Positions 50,146 to 60,709 are shown, counted from the first letter of the stretch. The stretch is 64,000 nt of DNA from a candidate division WWE3 bacterium RIFCSPHIGHO2_02_FULL_38_14 (GCA_001772865.1 MEVD01000003.1:62812-126811), one strand, 5' to 3'. Program-made: numbers and translations. The notes: a model not told the origin generated them from the sequence alone.

Positions 50146-51828
50146 ATGTTCAAAATAGCTGTAGGCTATCCGCCCATCGAAACTAACAAAGGTGTTCCGC
50201 TTCTTTCCCAAAACCGACAATTTCAGTATTTCAATGCACCTACTTATATCTATCCAATGGTGCCTGCATATGCTGCATCACAAGCTAAAGCTAAAGGATA
50301 CAATGTTGTATGGGTAGACGGTATCGCGGCTAAACAAACTTATTCACAATGGCTTGAACAGCTTGATCGGGAAAAACCCGACCTTTTAATGATTGAAACA
50401 AAATCGCCAGTAGTAAAACAACACTGGAGAATAATAACTGATCTCAAACAAAAATTCCCGAATATGCTCATAACTTTAGTAGGTGATCACGTTACTTATG
50501 CTCCAAAAGAAACAATGGACAACAGTCCGGTTGATTATATAATTACTGGTGGTGATTACGATTTTATGCTTTCAGATTTGGCCAATTCAATAACCAAAGG
50601 TGATAAACTTGTGGGTGGTATTTGGGGGCGCAAAAGCGACCAAAAAGTTTCTTTGGGAGAATTAATTAAGTACGAAGATTCTCAAGTGAACGGAAATGAA
50701 GCATATTGGGTTTCCGGACCATTAAAACAAACTCACAATCTAGACGAACTGCCGTTTGTTGACCGCGACCTCACTCATTGGGAGTACTATGCCTATGAAA
50801 ACGGAAATTATAAGTACACTCCCGCCACATATATGTACTCCGGTAAGGACTGCTGGTGGAACAGATGTACTTTCTGTGTGTGGGATCATACGATAAATGC
50901 GATTGGAACTTATAGAAGATTCACTCCCGAAAGATTGTTTGCCGAGGTTAAACATGTAGTTGACAAATACGGTGTCCGCGAAATATTTGATGATGCCGGA
51001 ACTCTTTTTGTAGGTCCTCCTCTTAAAAAATTCTGTAACATGCTAATTGAATCCGGCTACAATAAAAAAGTGATTTACGGCTGCAATATGAGATTAAACG
51101 CTTTAACACAGGAGTATTATGATTTAATGGGTAAGGCTAATTTCAGGTTTATATTGTATGGTATGGAATCCGGTAACCAAAAAACTCTGGACATGCTGGA
51201 TAAAGGATTAAAAATTCACCAAATAGAAGAAGGAGTAAGAATGGCTAAAAAAGCCGGCCTCGAACCACATTTAACAATTATGCTTGGGTATCCATGGGAA
51301 TCTGAGGAAGACGCCAAAAATACTATTGCCTTATCAAAAAGACTTTTCAAAGAGGGTTATGTAGATACTATGCAGGCTACAATTGTAATTCCATATCCTG
51401 GAACGCCTCTTTACAAACAATGTATAGAAAACAACTGGTTATTGGTTGATCCTACCGACTACGAAGCCTTTGATATGAGAGGTCCAGTTATGAAGATACC
51501 TTTTGCACATGAAAGACTTTATGAACTTACACAGGAACTATATTCTTCGTTTTTTACGCCTCAGTATGCTTTGAGAAAGCTTAAGGCGGTACGCAAATGG
51601 GATGATATTAAGTTTTTAGTTTATTCAGCGAAGAAACTTATGGGTCATCTGCTTGACTTTGATGAAGAGCAGACCAAGGTAAGTATGTCTTCTCCTACGT
51701 TCTGGATAAACGCCTTTAAGAGTATGTTTACTCATTTGAAAGAGAAAAAAGAAGATAAAACTATTGAGGTAACAATTAAAGAAAGTGCTGAAGCAGAAGT
51801 TAAAGCTAAATCCGAAGTTAAAATATAA
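50146..51828 (+). CDS. Cobalamin-binding radical SAM protein (start 50146 or 50137)
   Basis: N-terminal B12-type domain (VGDHVT, VDYIITG); CWWNRCTFC (CxxxCxxC), GMESG and PYPGTPL motifs. Confidence 0.88.
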   Translation: MFKIAVGYPPIETNKGVPLLSQNRQFQYFNAPTYIYPMVPAYAASQAKAKGYNVVWVDGIAAKQTYSQWLEQLDREKPDLLMIETKSPVVKQHWRIITDLKQKFPNMLITLVGDHVTYAPKETMDNSPVDYIITGGDYDFMLSDLANSITKGDKLVGGIWGRKSDQKVSLGELIKYEDSQVNGNEAYWVSGPLKQTHNLDELPFVDRDLTHWEYYAYENGNYKYTPATYMYSGKDCWWNRCTFCVWDHTINAIGTYRRFTPERLFAEVKHVVDKYGVREIFDDAGTLFVGPPLKKFCNMLIESGYNKKVIYGCNMRLNALTQEYYDLMGKANFRFILYGMESGNQKTLDMLDKGLKIHQIEEGVRMAKKAGLEPHLTIMLGYPWESEEDAKNTIALSKRLFKEGYVDTMQATIVIPYPGTPLYKQCIENNWLLVDPTDYEAFDMRGPVMKIPFAHERLYELTQELYSSFFTPQYALRKLKAVRKWDDIKFLVYSAKKLMGHLLDFDEEQTKVSMSSPTFWINAFKSMFTHLKEKKEDKTIEVTIKESAEAEVKAKSEVKI

Positions 51829-51869
51829 TACATTTTTAACTACCTCCTAATGTATGTAATAATATCCTT

Positions 51870-54164
51870 ATGCCGCGAAAATTACTTCCTTATGCCGCAA
51901 TAATTGCTTTTATAGGCTTGGTATATATTAGAAATATTCTCCCGGTAAAAGGATTTCAAACCTTCATTTTCGGGGATTCTGCTATATATGCCCTGCAAGT
52001 TACAGGGTTGGCTAAAAACTTTTCGTCTGTTTTCGGATATAAGGATAATATTTTATTTTGGAATCCTTCTTATTTATCTGTAGGTATTCCTACAGCTTCG
52101 GTTATTGATTTTGGGGTTTTTTATCCGATTAACATTTTTATTGCCTTTATAGCTTTCTTAATCAAGAACCTTTTTATTACCTTTGACCTTTATACATTTT
52201 CGATATTTGCTCACCTGGTTTTTGGCAGCACTTTTGTTTATAAAATATTGAAAGACTTTTGGAAACTTAATCCGAAAATCGCTTTAATAGGCGCCTTTAT
52301 CTGGTCATTTAACGGTTATAATACTGAGTTTATGTCGGCCTCAGCAATTTTTCTTGCAGCTTCGTATCTTCCTGCATGTTTTTATTTCACCCTAAAATTG
52401 TTGGAATCAAACAAGTTTAAGTATTTTCTTATTTATCATTTGCTTCTTGCTTTTAGCTTTTTGTCCGGTTATGTCATTGTTCCTGTGATTATATTATTAT
52501 TTTGTTCTTTTTATTATATTTTTGCACAGTCTGCCTTAAGCAAGAAGAAAAAAGCAATAAAGTTGCTAATAGGATTACTTCTAATAACACTACCTTTAAT
52601 TGCTCCATTATATTTTTCTACATATATTAACTTTCCTTATAGTTTGAGGTCATTAAATTTAGATTTGGAAAGTTTTTTATTTAATTCGGCAAAAATTAGA
52701 AATTTAAAAGAATCAGTGTTTCCTACAAACACACCGTTTAATGACTTAAGTAAAACTAACCAAGTATTTTTATATTTTAGTCTTACTGGTCTTTTGTTGC
52801 TGATTTTGAATCGTAGTTATAGAAATATATTTTCCGATAATAGAAACAAGTTGCTGTTAATTTTTGGATTTTTAGGTTTATTAATTGCAATTGGTAAATA
52901 CGGACTGATTTCTTACTTGTTGTATTATATTCCCGGCATCGGGCTTTTTAGAAGATTGTCTGTTTTTTCTTTAGTTCCGTTATTTACTTATTCTATATTA
53001 ATTCCACAGATATTAAGAAATATATATGAACTTAAGAACTTTAAATTTACTTCTGTATTTAAAGTAATTCTCATTGTTAGTGTTTTTATCTTTTTTATTA
53101 CTTCTTATTTATATTTAACAAGACAGCCTTTAGAGATTGAAGTATCTTCTTTTTATACGTCATTTATTACAGGATTCGCTGTTCTTGTAATTGTGGCAGT
53201 TTCTTACAAACTAAGACGGCTTAATAATAACTATTTATTATACGGGCTAATATTGGCACTGTTTATTGAAGCATTGATAAATATATCCTCAAAAGCATTT
53301 ATAAATTCAAAAATTAATCCTAAAGACATGTTTATACCCAATTCTCTTATGACAAGTTTAATGAATATGGTAGAAGAAGGTGAAAGAGTTAATGTTTTGC
53401 ATACTCATTACAACTACAGCACGAGTCATATAAATTTGGATCAGACAGCCGGATATGTTTCACTCGCAAGCCTTTATGGTGGAAAAATAAATGAATATCT
53501 TGAGTCTGCCGATTCGGAGAATAAAAATTTGAAGGATCTGCTCGGAGTTAAATATGTAATAAATAAAGTCAGTAAAACTGATTCGAACCTAAAAATAATT
53601 GAAAAAGAAGATTCATCAGAATTTTACGAATTCAACTATTTAAACCTCGAATGGGAAAAAGAGAAATCCCAGGATGTTTATGCACTATATTCGCGGGAAA
53701 CCAATTTGCCACGCTTGTATGTTGCTTCACAGGTGGAAAAATCAGATCAATCAGTTCTATTATTGGATAAAATACGCAGTTCTAAAGAAAATGCAGTTGT
53801 TTTTATTGATGAGGAAGTGCCTGCTGATATAACCAGATCTTCAGAGGTTAAAATACTGGAAATTAAAAGAAATTATCTTCGGGCTGAAGTAAAAAGCGGT
53901 GGAAGTGTATTTTTAGCAAATTCAACGGGGTATTATCCCGGGTGGAAAGTAAAAATTAACGGAGAATGGCATAATCCCATTCAAACTAATTGGTTTATGC
54001 AGGGGATATTTTTAAATTCCGGATTTAATGTTGTGGAATTTTACTATATACCATATGGTATTATATTGGGGTCGATTTATTTATTTACAGCTTTGTTTAT
54101 TTGGATTTTATATTTTGCTTTAAGGGTAAGACTAAATGCATTTATTAAAAAGAAGTCTGACTAG
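51870..54164 (+). CDS. YfhO-family GT-C membrane protein
   Basis: GD loop, FWNP..G.P, LLGVKYVI, LPR and YYPGWKVKING motifs. Confidence 0.82.
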   Translation: MPRKLLPYAAIIAFIGLVYIRNILPVKGFQTFIFGDSAIYALQVTGLAKNFSSVFGYKDNILFWNPSYLSVGIPTASVIDFGVFYPINIFIAFIAFLIKNLFITFDLYTFSIFAHLVFGSTFVYKILKDFWKLNPKIALIGAFIWSFNGYNTEFMSASAIFLAASYLPACFYFTLKLLESNKFKYFLIYHLLLAFSFLSGYVIVPVIILLFCSFYYIFAQSALSKKKKAIKLLIGLLLITLPLIAPLYFSTYINFPYSLRSLNLDLESFLFNSAKIRNLKESVFPTNTPFNDLSKTNQVFLYFSLTGLLLLILNRSYRNIFSDNRNKLLLIFGFLGLLIAIGKYGLISYLLYYIPGIGLFRRLSVFSLVPLFTYSILIPQILRNIYELKNFKFTSVFKVILIVSVFIFFITSYLYLTRQPLEIEVSSFYTSFITGFAVLVIVAVSYKLRRLNNNYLLYGLILALFIEALINISSKAFINSKINPKDMFIPNSLMTSLMNMVEEGERVNVLHTHYNYSTSHINLDQTAGYVSLASLYGGKINEYLESADSENKNLKDLLGVKYVINKVSKTDSNLKIIEKEDSSEFYEFNYLNLEWEKEKSQDVYALYSRETNLPRLYVASQVEKSDQSVLLLDKIRSSKENAVVFIDEEVPADITRSSEVKILEIKRNYLRAEVKSGGSVFLANSTGYYPGWKVKINGEWHNPIQTNWFMQGIFLNSGFNVVEFYYIPYGIILGSIYLFTALFIWILYFALRVRLNAFIKKKSD

Positions 54165-55371
54165 GAAAGAAAAAAAGTTAGTTGCGTTTTTATCTATACT
54201 ATTGGTACTGTTTTCGTCTCTTTATATATTCTTAATTGAACCTGTTATCACAATTTATAAATACGCAAATAAAATTCCGGCTAAAATAGCCTTTGTAGAA
54301 CGAGCGGTGAGATCGCAGGATTTCAGGTTTCTGCCCTTTGAAATTGAATATTTAAAGGAAGATTTTGTAGTAATAGACCAGGCGGCAACCCGTCTTTCGG
54401 TTTTCAAGCCGGTTCCGTTTATTGGTTCATATGTGTCGGATGTAAAAGTTTTCACTTCGGTAGCTGTAGATATGATTGATACTACCTACGGCATGCTTTT
54501 ATATATGGATGATGTAATTCCGAATCTTTCATTTACAGGATGGAGTGACAATTCTGTCTCGCAGGAAGTAGTAATAAACCAACTCAGCTCCTTTTTAACT
54601 GAATACCTGCCGTTGTATAAAGAAAGAATTAAAACAATTAATGAGAGGGTAATGACAGTTGATACTTCAAAATATCCGGAAGTAATAAAAGGTATAGAAG
54701 TCAGGTCAAGCCTTGAACAGATAAAAGGATTAACAATCAATTTTACAAATTCATTTGATGTACTTGGTGAATTAGTCGGTGATTTTCCCAGTTTAACGGG
54801 AACATCAGTTCCGAAGAATTATTTATTTCTGCTTTCTTATGGATCCAAACCCCAAACTGAAAAATTTGTGGCGTATGCGGTGTTCAGAGTTAACGGTACA
54901 AATGTAAGTATAGTTAGAACAGGCGATGTCGGTCTACTGGGACAGCAATTAACTAAATTTATAGAACCGGGTAAAGAACTTGAAGCTATATGGGAAAAGG
55001 CTTTAAGTGATGTTGGACTGGAAGGAATAGTTGTCATTAACGATCAGGTTATTAAATCCATTGTTGGGGTGATCGGAAAAGTCAATGCTAATGAACTTGG
55101 TGATATTACCGCCGAAAATGTTCAGGAGAACTTGCTGAAATTTTATGAAAATGCTGGAAAAAGGGATCTGCAGAGTAAAAAAGAGAAAAGTTCGGTGGGT
55201 ACCCTGCTATTTAACTTAATTAAAGAAGCCATTTCAACCGCAAGTTTGCACAAAAAAGCCGAGCTTATAAAGGCATTAATTAATGAAAGAAATAACGGAA
55301 ATATTTCATTTTATTTTGAAAACGAAAAACTTCAGAATTTGGTAGAGTTTAAGAATTTTGAATATAATTGA
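54136..55371 (+). CDS. Degenerate DUF4012-like membrane-anchored protein
   Basis: N-terminal TM, helical stalk, PKNYLFLL, GIVVIN....IVGVIG and ITAENV motifs. Confidence 0.55.
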   Translation: MHLLKRSLTRKEKKLVAFLSILLVLFSSLYIFLIEPVITIYKYANKIPAKIAFVERAVRSQDFRFLPFEIEYLKEDFVVIDQAATRLSVFKPVPFIGSYVSDVKVFTSVAVDMIDTTYGMLLYMDDVIPNLSFTGWSDNSVSQEVVINQLSSFLTEYLPLYKERIKTINERVMTVDTSKYPEVIKGIEVRSSLEQIKGLTINFTNSFDVLGELVGDFPSLTGTSVPKNYLFLLSYGSKPQTEKFVAYAVFRVNGTNVSIVRTGDVGLLGQQLTKFIEPGKELEAIWEKALSDVGLEGIVVINDQVIKSIVGVIGKVNANELGDITAENVQENLLKFYENAGKRDLQSKKEKSSVGTLLFNLIKEAISTASLHKKAELIKALINERNNGNISFYFENEKLQNLVEFKNFEYN

Positions 55372-55421
55372 ATAGTGGTTGAATTGAAATATTAATTATT
55401 TTATAGGAGTATATAAATCAC

Positions 55422-56387
55422 ATGTACAACCAGTTTTGGAAAAATAGATCTGTATTAGTGACCGGTGGTACTGGTCTTCTAGGTTCGGAGTTAGTTAAAC
55501 AGTTGGTTGAGAGTGAGGCTAATGTAGTAACTGCGGTTAGGGACAACGTTTCTAAATCCCGTTTTTTTATAGAAAATCTTCATGAGAAGGTCACGGTTGT
55601 TCATGGAGATGTTATTGATTTTCCATTTTTAGAAAGAGTAATTGGTGAATATGAAATTGACACTGTTTTCCATTTGGCGGCTCAAACAATTGTAAGGATT
55701 GCAAATAACTCACCGTTGTCTACATTTGAAAGTAACATGCGAGGCACCTGGAATGTTCTTGAAGCCGCAAGACTGCACTCTAAAAAAATCAGATCAGTAG
55801 TAGTGGCTTCATCTGATAAAGCATATGGAGAGAGTAAAACCCTTCCATATGACGAAGAGACCCCGCTAAAAGGAAAATACCCATATGACGTTTCAAAAAC
55901 ATGCACGGATTTAATTGCTCAAAGTTACTGGTATACCTTTAAAATGCCGGTAAATATTACAAGGTGCGGAAATCTATTCGGTCCGGGAGATTTAAATTTC
56001 AGTAGAATTATTCCTGGTACGATACTTTCGGTTAAAAGAAATGAACCTCCAATAATAAGAAGCGACGGAAAATTTATTAGAAATTATTTCTATACCAAAG
56101 ACGCGGCTTCGGGATATTTGACTATTTCTGAAAATGTTGAAAATCATGCGGGCGAAGCATTTAATTTGGGAACTGAAGAACGATTTTCGGTAATTGATAT
56201 TACAAAGATGATTTTAAAATTAATGGGTTCAAGCCTTGAACCTGTGATTAAAAATGAGGCGACAAATGAAATATACGAGCAGTATTTAAATATTAATAAA
56301 GCAAAAGAAAAGCTGAGGTGGACTGCTAAATACTCTACTGAAGAAGCCTTAAAAGAAACTATCAACTGGTACACAAAATATGTCTAA
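55422..56387 (+). CDS. rfbG: NDP-hexose (CDP-glucose-type) 4,6-dehydratase, extended SDR
   Basis: TGGTGLLG, HLAAQ, SSDKAYG, YDVSK and RCGN..GPGD motifs; adjacent to rfbH and rfbF. Confidence 0.75.
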   Translation: MYNQFWKNRSVLVTGGTGLLGSELVKQLVESEANVVTAVRDNVSKSRFFIENLHEKVTVVHGDVIDFPFLERVIGEYEIDTVFHLAAQTIVRIANNSPLSTFESNMRGTWNVLEAARLHSKKIRSVVVASSDKAYGESKTLPYDEETPLKGKYPYDVSKTCTDLIAQSYWYTFKMPVNITRCGNLFGPGDLNFSRIIPGTILSVKRNEPPIIRSDGKFIRNYFYTKDAASGYLTISENVENHAGEAFNLGTEERFSVIDITKMILKLMGSSLEPVIKNEATNEIYEQYLNINKAKEKLRWTAKYSTEEALKETINWYTKYV

Positions 56388-57714
56388 TCATCTAAGAGAA
56401 GAAATTCTTTCTCTTGTTAAAAAATACCATGACGAGAACTTTAATAAGGTATTAATAGCGGGTGAAAGTTATATACCTCCGTCAGGGAAAGTTTTCGGTT
56501 TTGAGGAAGTGCGTAATCTTGTAGATGCATCCTTAGACTTCTGGCTTACTGAGGGAAGATTCAACGAACAGTTTGAAAAAGAACTGGCGGAATTTATAAG
56601 TGTGAATTTCTGTGCTACTGTTAATTCCGGATCATCAGCGAATTTGCTGGCATTTTATGCCTTAACATCAAGGGAATTCGGCTCGAGGGCAATTAAAAAA
56701 GGCGACGAAATTATTGAAGTTGCTACGTGTTTTCCAACAACTTTAAACCCTGTTTTACAGTTTGGATGTATACCTGTATTAGTTGATGTAGAAATCCCAG
56801 CTTATAATGCTTCTGCTAAAAATGTTTTAAGTGCTGTTACAGACAAAACAAAGGCGATATTTCTTGCCCATACTTTAGGTAATCCTTACGAAGTGGAAGA
56901 AATTGCCAAATTCTGCAAAGAAAAAGGTATTTGGCTGATTGAGGACTGCTGTGACGCTTTAGGAGCTGAATATGGCGGCAAAAGAGTCGGGTCTTTTGGA
57001 GATGTGGCAACTTTGAGTTTTTATCCCGCTCATCAAATTACCTGCGGTGAAGGTGGCGCTGTTTTAACCAACAATGCTCTGCTAAATAAAATGGTAAGGT
57101 CTTTTAGAGACTGGGGCCGCGATTGCTGGTGCGCACCGGGGAACGAGAATACATGCGGTATTAGATTTAACTGGCAGTTGGGAACATTACCTCGGGGGTA
57201 TGACCACAAATACATTTATAGTCATATCGGTTTCAATTTAAAAATGACTGATTTGCAGGCATCTGTAGGTTTAGCTCAAATGCAAAGGGTTGGGGGATTC
57301 ATAAAAAAAAGAAGAGAAAATCATAATCTTCTAATTGAATATTTAAAAAAATATGAAGATTATTTTATTATGCCCGAGGCTACTGAAAATAGTAATCCGT
57401 CATGGTTCGGTTTTGTAATTACGATAAAAGACGGAGCACCGTTTACGAGGACAGATTTGATCAGATATTTAGAAAATCATAAAATAGGTACGCGGCTACT
57501 TTTTGCCGGTAATATAACAAGACAGCCCGCCTATAAAGATATTGAATTTATAGTACACGATAAGTTAGTTAATGCCGATAAAGTAATGAATGACACTTTT
57601 TGGATAGGTTGCTATCCGGCAATTAATGAAGATATTATAAAATATGTTAGTAAAACTTTTGAAGAATTTATATCACTTTCCGAGAAAGGAATTATAAATG
57701 CCAAAGCCAATTAA
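56380..57714 (+). CDS. rfbH: CDP-4-keto-6-deoxyglucose 3-dehydrase (E1, DdhC/AscC)
   Basis: SFYPAH with His at the PLP-Lys position; EDCCDALG, WGRDCWC and GYDHKY motifs. Confidence 0.92.
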   Translation: MSNHLREEILSLVKKYHDENFNKVLIAGESYIPPSGKVFGFEEVRNLVDASLDFWLTEGRFNEQFEKELAEFISVNFCATVNSGSSANLLAFYALTSREFGSRAIKKGDEIIEVATCFPTTLNPVLQFGCIPVLVDVEIPAYNASAKNVLSAVTDKTKAIFLAHTLGNPYEVEEIAKFCKEKGIWLIEDCCDALGAEYGGKRVGSFGDVATLSFYPAHQITCGEGGAVLTNNALLNKMVRSFRDWGRDCWCAPGNENTCGIRFNWQLGTLPRGYDHKYIYSHIGFNLKMTDLQASVGLAQMQRVGGFIKKRRENHNLLIEYLKKYEDYFIMPEATENSNPSWFGFVITIKDGAPFTRTDLIRYLENHKIGTRLLFAGNITRQPAYKDIEFIVHDKLVNADKVMNDTFWIGCYPAINEDIIKYVSKTFEEFISLSEKGIINAKAN

Positions 57715-58471
57715 GACAAAGGTTTCTAAAGCTATTACAAAATCTAAAATGGCAGAGATGCCCGTAGTTATATTTTGCGGAGGGATGGGAAGCAGAATTA
57801 GAGAAGAAACCATAGATAAACCCAAGCCTATGATAAATGTAGGTGGAAAGCCAATATTATGGCATATAATGAAAATGTACAATCATCAAGGTTATAATAA
57901 CTTTATTTTAACTTTGGGTTACAAAGGTGACTATATTAGGGATTTTTTAAAAAGTACCCAGGGGAAGATTTTTGAACCTTTTAATATAACTTTAGCTGAA
58001 ACCGGTGTGGATACACCTACGGGCGGGCGGCTTCTTAGATCCGCGGATTTTATTAAGACAGACACATTTTTATGCACATATGGGGACGGATTCAGTGATG
58101 TGGATTTAAATAAGGTCTTGGATTTTCATAATAACAGGGATATGGTGGCTACATTGACTAGTGTCTGTATACCTCATAAATTCGGAATAATATCATTTTC
58201 CAAGGCAGGACAATTGAAAAATTATAAAAAAGGACATTTAATGAAGGAACCCATTAACGCCGGATTTTTTGTTTTCACTAAAAAATATTTTGATTACTTA
58301 ACCGACGACATGATGATTGAGGACCCGTTTAATGCCGTTGCAAAAGATAAAAAATTCGGAGTCTATTTTCATGACGGATATTTTGGTGCTGTAGATACAT
58401 ATAAAGATTTAGAAGATTTAAACGACTTGTGGAATAATAAAAATCCACCTTGGAAGGTTTGGGAGGACTAA
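57698..58471 (+). CDS. rfbF: Glucose-1-phosphate cytidylyltransferase (start may be 57749)
   Basis: CGGMGSRIREET..PKPM, TGGRL, TYGDG and INAGFFV motifs. Confidence 0.85.
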   Translation: MPKPIKTKVSKAITKSKMAEMPVVIFCGGMGSRIREETIDKPKPMINVGGKPILWHIMKMYNHQGYNNFILTLGYKGDYIRDFLKSTQGKIFEPFNITLAETGVDTPTGGRLLRSADFIKTDTFLCTYGDGFSDVDLNKVLDFHNNRDMVATLTSVCIPHKFGIISFSKAGQLKNYKKGHLMKEPINAGFFVFTKKYFDYLTDDMMIEDPFNAVAKDKKFGVYFHDGYFGAVDTYKDLEDLNDLWNNKNPPWKVWED

Positions 58472-58474
58472 TCA

Positions 58475-59488
58475 GTGAAAAATTCTCATCTCTCGGTTTC
58501 TATTGTAATGCCTACTTTAAACTCAATGAGAACTTTGGATGCCTGTTTGAAATCTATTCGTAGTCAGAATTATTCTCAGGAAAAAATAGAGATTTTAATT
58601 GTCGACGGTGGTTCAACAGATGCTACTAAACAGACAGCAGAAAAGTATAATTGCAGATTTATAGAAGGTGAATATAGAGATAATCAAGAACCGAGAAAAG
58701 GAATCGGTCTTTTAAATGCTAAAAATGATTTGGTTGCATATATTGATTCAGATAACATCCTTCCGGATAAAGAATGGATAAACCAATCTATAAAACCATT
58801 TTCAGAGGTTTCAGACTTAACCGGCACTGAAACTTTGAGGTATGGTTTAATGCCGGGTTTTGCCTATTTTAACAGATATTGTGCTTTGATTGGAGCAAAT
58901 GATCCGGTAGCTTTATATTTAGGGAAAAGCGAAAAACTGTCGTGGCTTTATAATGAGTGGCAAATAACTCCAGTAAAAGAAAAACACGACGGATATTTTA
59001 TAGTCGAGTTTAATGAGAGTAATATGCCTACCTTGGGTGGAAACGGATATTTTTCATGGAGGGAATTGATGCTCAAGTCCAATTGTCAGCCCGACCAGTA
59101 TTTTCATATTGACGTTGTAATGGATCTGGTGAAACTCGGGTATACTAAGTTTGCTATGGTAGAAAATGAAATTTACCATGATACCGCTGCAAGTTTGAAT
59201 AAATTAACTTCAAGAAGAAAAACATATTTTAAAACCCACAATCCAATGTATGGGAACAGAAGATATTTGTTGTTTAATCCTGCTAAAAAGAGTGATGTGT
59301 ACAATCTTTTTCTATTCGTTGTTTATTCTGCAACTTTTATTCAGCCTATTTTGTTTTCATTGAGAGGCTTTTTCAAAAAAAGGGATTTAGCTTGGTTTTT
59401 GCACCCTGCGGTATGTTTTTCCTTTATGTGGGCTTATTCTGTAGCTACAATTTCTCTTATTTCAAATCGGTTGAATAAAAATAAGTAA
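58475..59488 (+). CDS. GT2 glycosyltransferase
   Basis: SIVMPTLNS, VDGGSTD and YIDSDN motifs; C-terminal TM segments. Confidence 0.88.
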   Translation: MKNSHLSVSIVMPTLNSMRTLDACLKSIRSQNYSQEKIEILIVDGGSTDATKQTAEKYNCRFIEGEYRDNQEPRKGIGLLNAKNDLVAYIDSDNILPDKEWINQSIKPFSEVSDLTGTETLRYGLMPGFAYFNRYCALIGANDPVALYLGKSEKLSWLYNEWQITPVKEKHDGYFIVEFNESNMPTLGGNGYFSWRELMLKSNCQPDQYFHIDVVMDLVKLGYTKFAMVENEIYHDTAASLNKLTSRRKTYFKTHNPMYGNRRYLLFNPAKKSDVYNLFLFVVYSATFIQPILFSLRGFFKKRDLAWFLHPAVCFSFMWAYSVATISLISNRLNKNK

Positions 59489-60628
59489 CTATTCAGGTTT
59501 ATTCAATTTAGATAAATTCCCTTTTATAACCCCCTTAATGTCATATATTTTAGCCATATCAAGGCATTTTGATTGAAGTGATATCAAATTTTCCTTTGAG
59601 ATAAATATTTTCAGGACTTCGTCATCTGGCATTTTGTTATCAGCCTTTAATTGTAAAGCAATACCTTCATTAATAATTTCTTTATTTAGAGAAGGTTCGA
59701 GAGATATTATAAAAGGCAACCCACACATCATATATTCCCATATTTTTATAGGTTCAATATATTTAGTTGAGCCGAAGTCTTTATCATAAACCGCTAATCC
59801 CAGATCGCATTGAGAAACGAGTCTGCTTGACGCGTCTTGCCCGTTAACATCAAAAATCTGGGTGTTTTTTAGATTGTTTTTTTCAATTAATTGCCGGAAT
59901 AAATCGACTTTATTGGATGGAATAAACCAGAACTCCATTTCCGGCCTGATTTTCTGAATTTTTAAACAGATGTCTACTATATCATGGATCTGTTTATCGG
60001 TTAAAATGCTTCCAGTCCAAACTACGCGCTTGCCTGTTCTGGAATTTTGATTTGACTTGTAGTAAGTATCATTAAATATAAAGGAATTAGGTGTATATAT
60101 TGAATCACTATTATAATGTTTCTTTTTGTAATCAGCCAAGGATTCACATACAACCCAGGTTATATCAGATTTTAATGAGGCAATTCTGTCAAAATATTCG
60201 TATATTTTTTGCATAAATTTAATTGAAAATCTGTTTTCGCTAAAATCTACGCTGTAAAATACCAGTTTAAAATTCAGCAGAAACTTTAGAAAAACTGCCG
60301 GAACCGTGGATAATGGGTCAATACCGATTACAACTGAATTTCTGCTATCTAATGTTAAAAGCCTGATCAATAATGAAAATGTTAAAATAAAATCTGTTAA
60401 ATATTTTATTGGGGTGATTCTTCCGAATACTTTTGGAATTTTGATCTTTATTTGTTTATCGTGTTTGCCGTAAAAAACGGGATTCTCATAGCCGTTTAAA
60501 GGTATCTCTAGCACTAAAACGTCTAGGTTGTTCTGAACTAATCCATTGATTATAGAAAAGTAAGGGCCGGAAACTTTTTTATTATTTTTATAAAGTACGT
60601 GAGTAATTATTATGTATTTATCTTCCAT
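59489..60628 (-). CDS. GT-B (GT4-like) glycosyltransferase
   Basis: CDLGLA and PIKIWEYMMCGLP motifs. Confidence 0.8.
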   Translation of the reverse strand: MEDKYIIITHVLYKNNKKVSGPYFSIINGLVQNNLDVLVLEIPLNGYENPVFYGKHDKQIKIKIPKVFGRITPIKYLTDFILTFSLLIRLLTLDSRNSVVIGIDPLSTVPAVFLKFLLNFKLVFYSVDFSENRFSIKFMQKIYEYFDRIASLKSDITWVVCESLADYKKKHYNSDSIYTPNSFIFNDTYYKSNQNSRTGKRVVWTGSILTDKQIHDIVDICLKIQKIRPEMEFWFIPSNKVDLFRQLIEKNNLKNTQIFDVNGQDASSRLVSQCDLGLAVYDKDFGSTKYIEPIKIWEYMMCGLPFIISLEPSLNKEIINEGIALQLKADNKMPDDEVLKIFISKENLISLQSKCLDMAKIYDIKGVIKGNLSKLNKPE

Positions 60629-60709
60629 TTCTATGTTATTATACAGCAGACATTGGGATTAACATCGGTGCCTGTTAAATATCATGCCTGATGGAATTAA
60701 ATTAGATAT

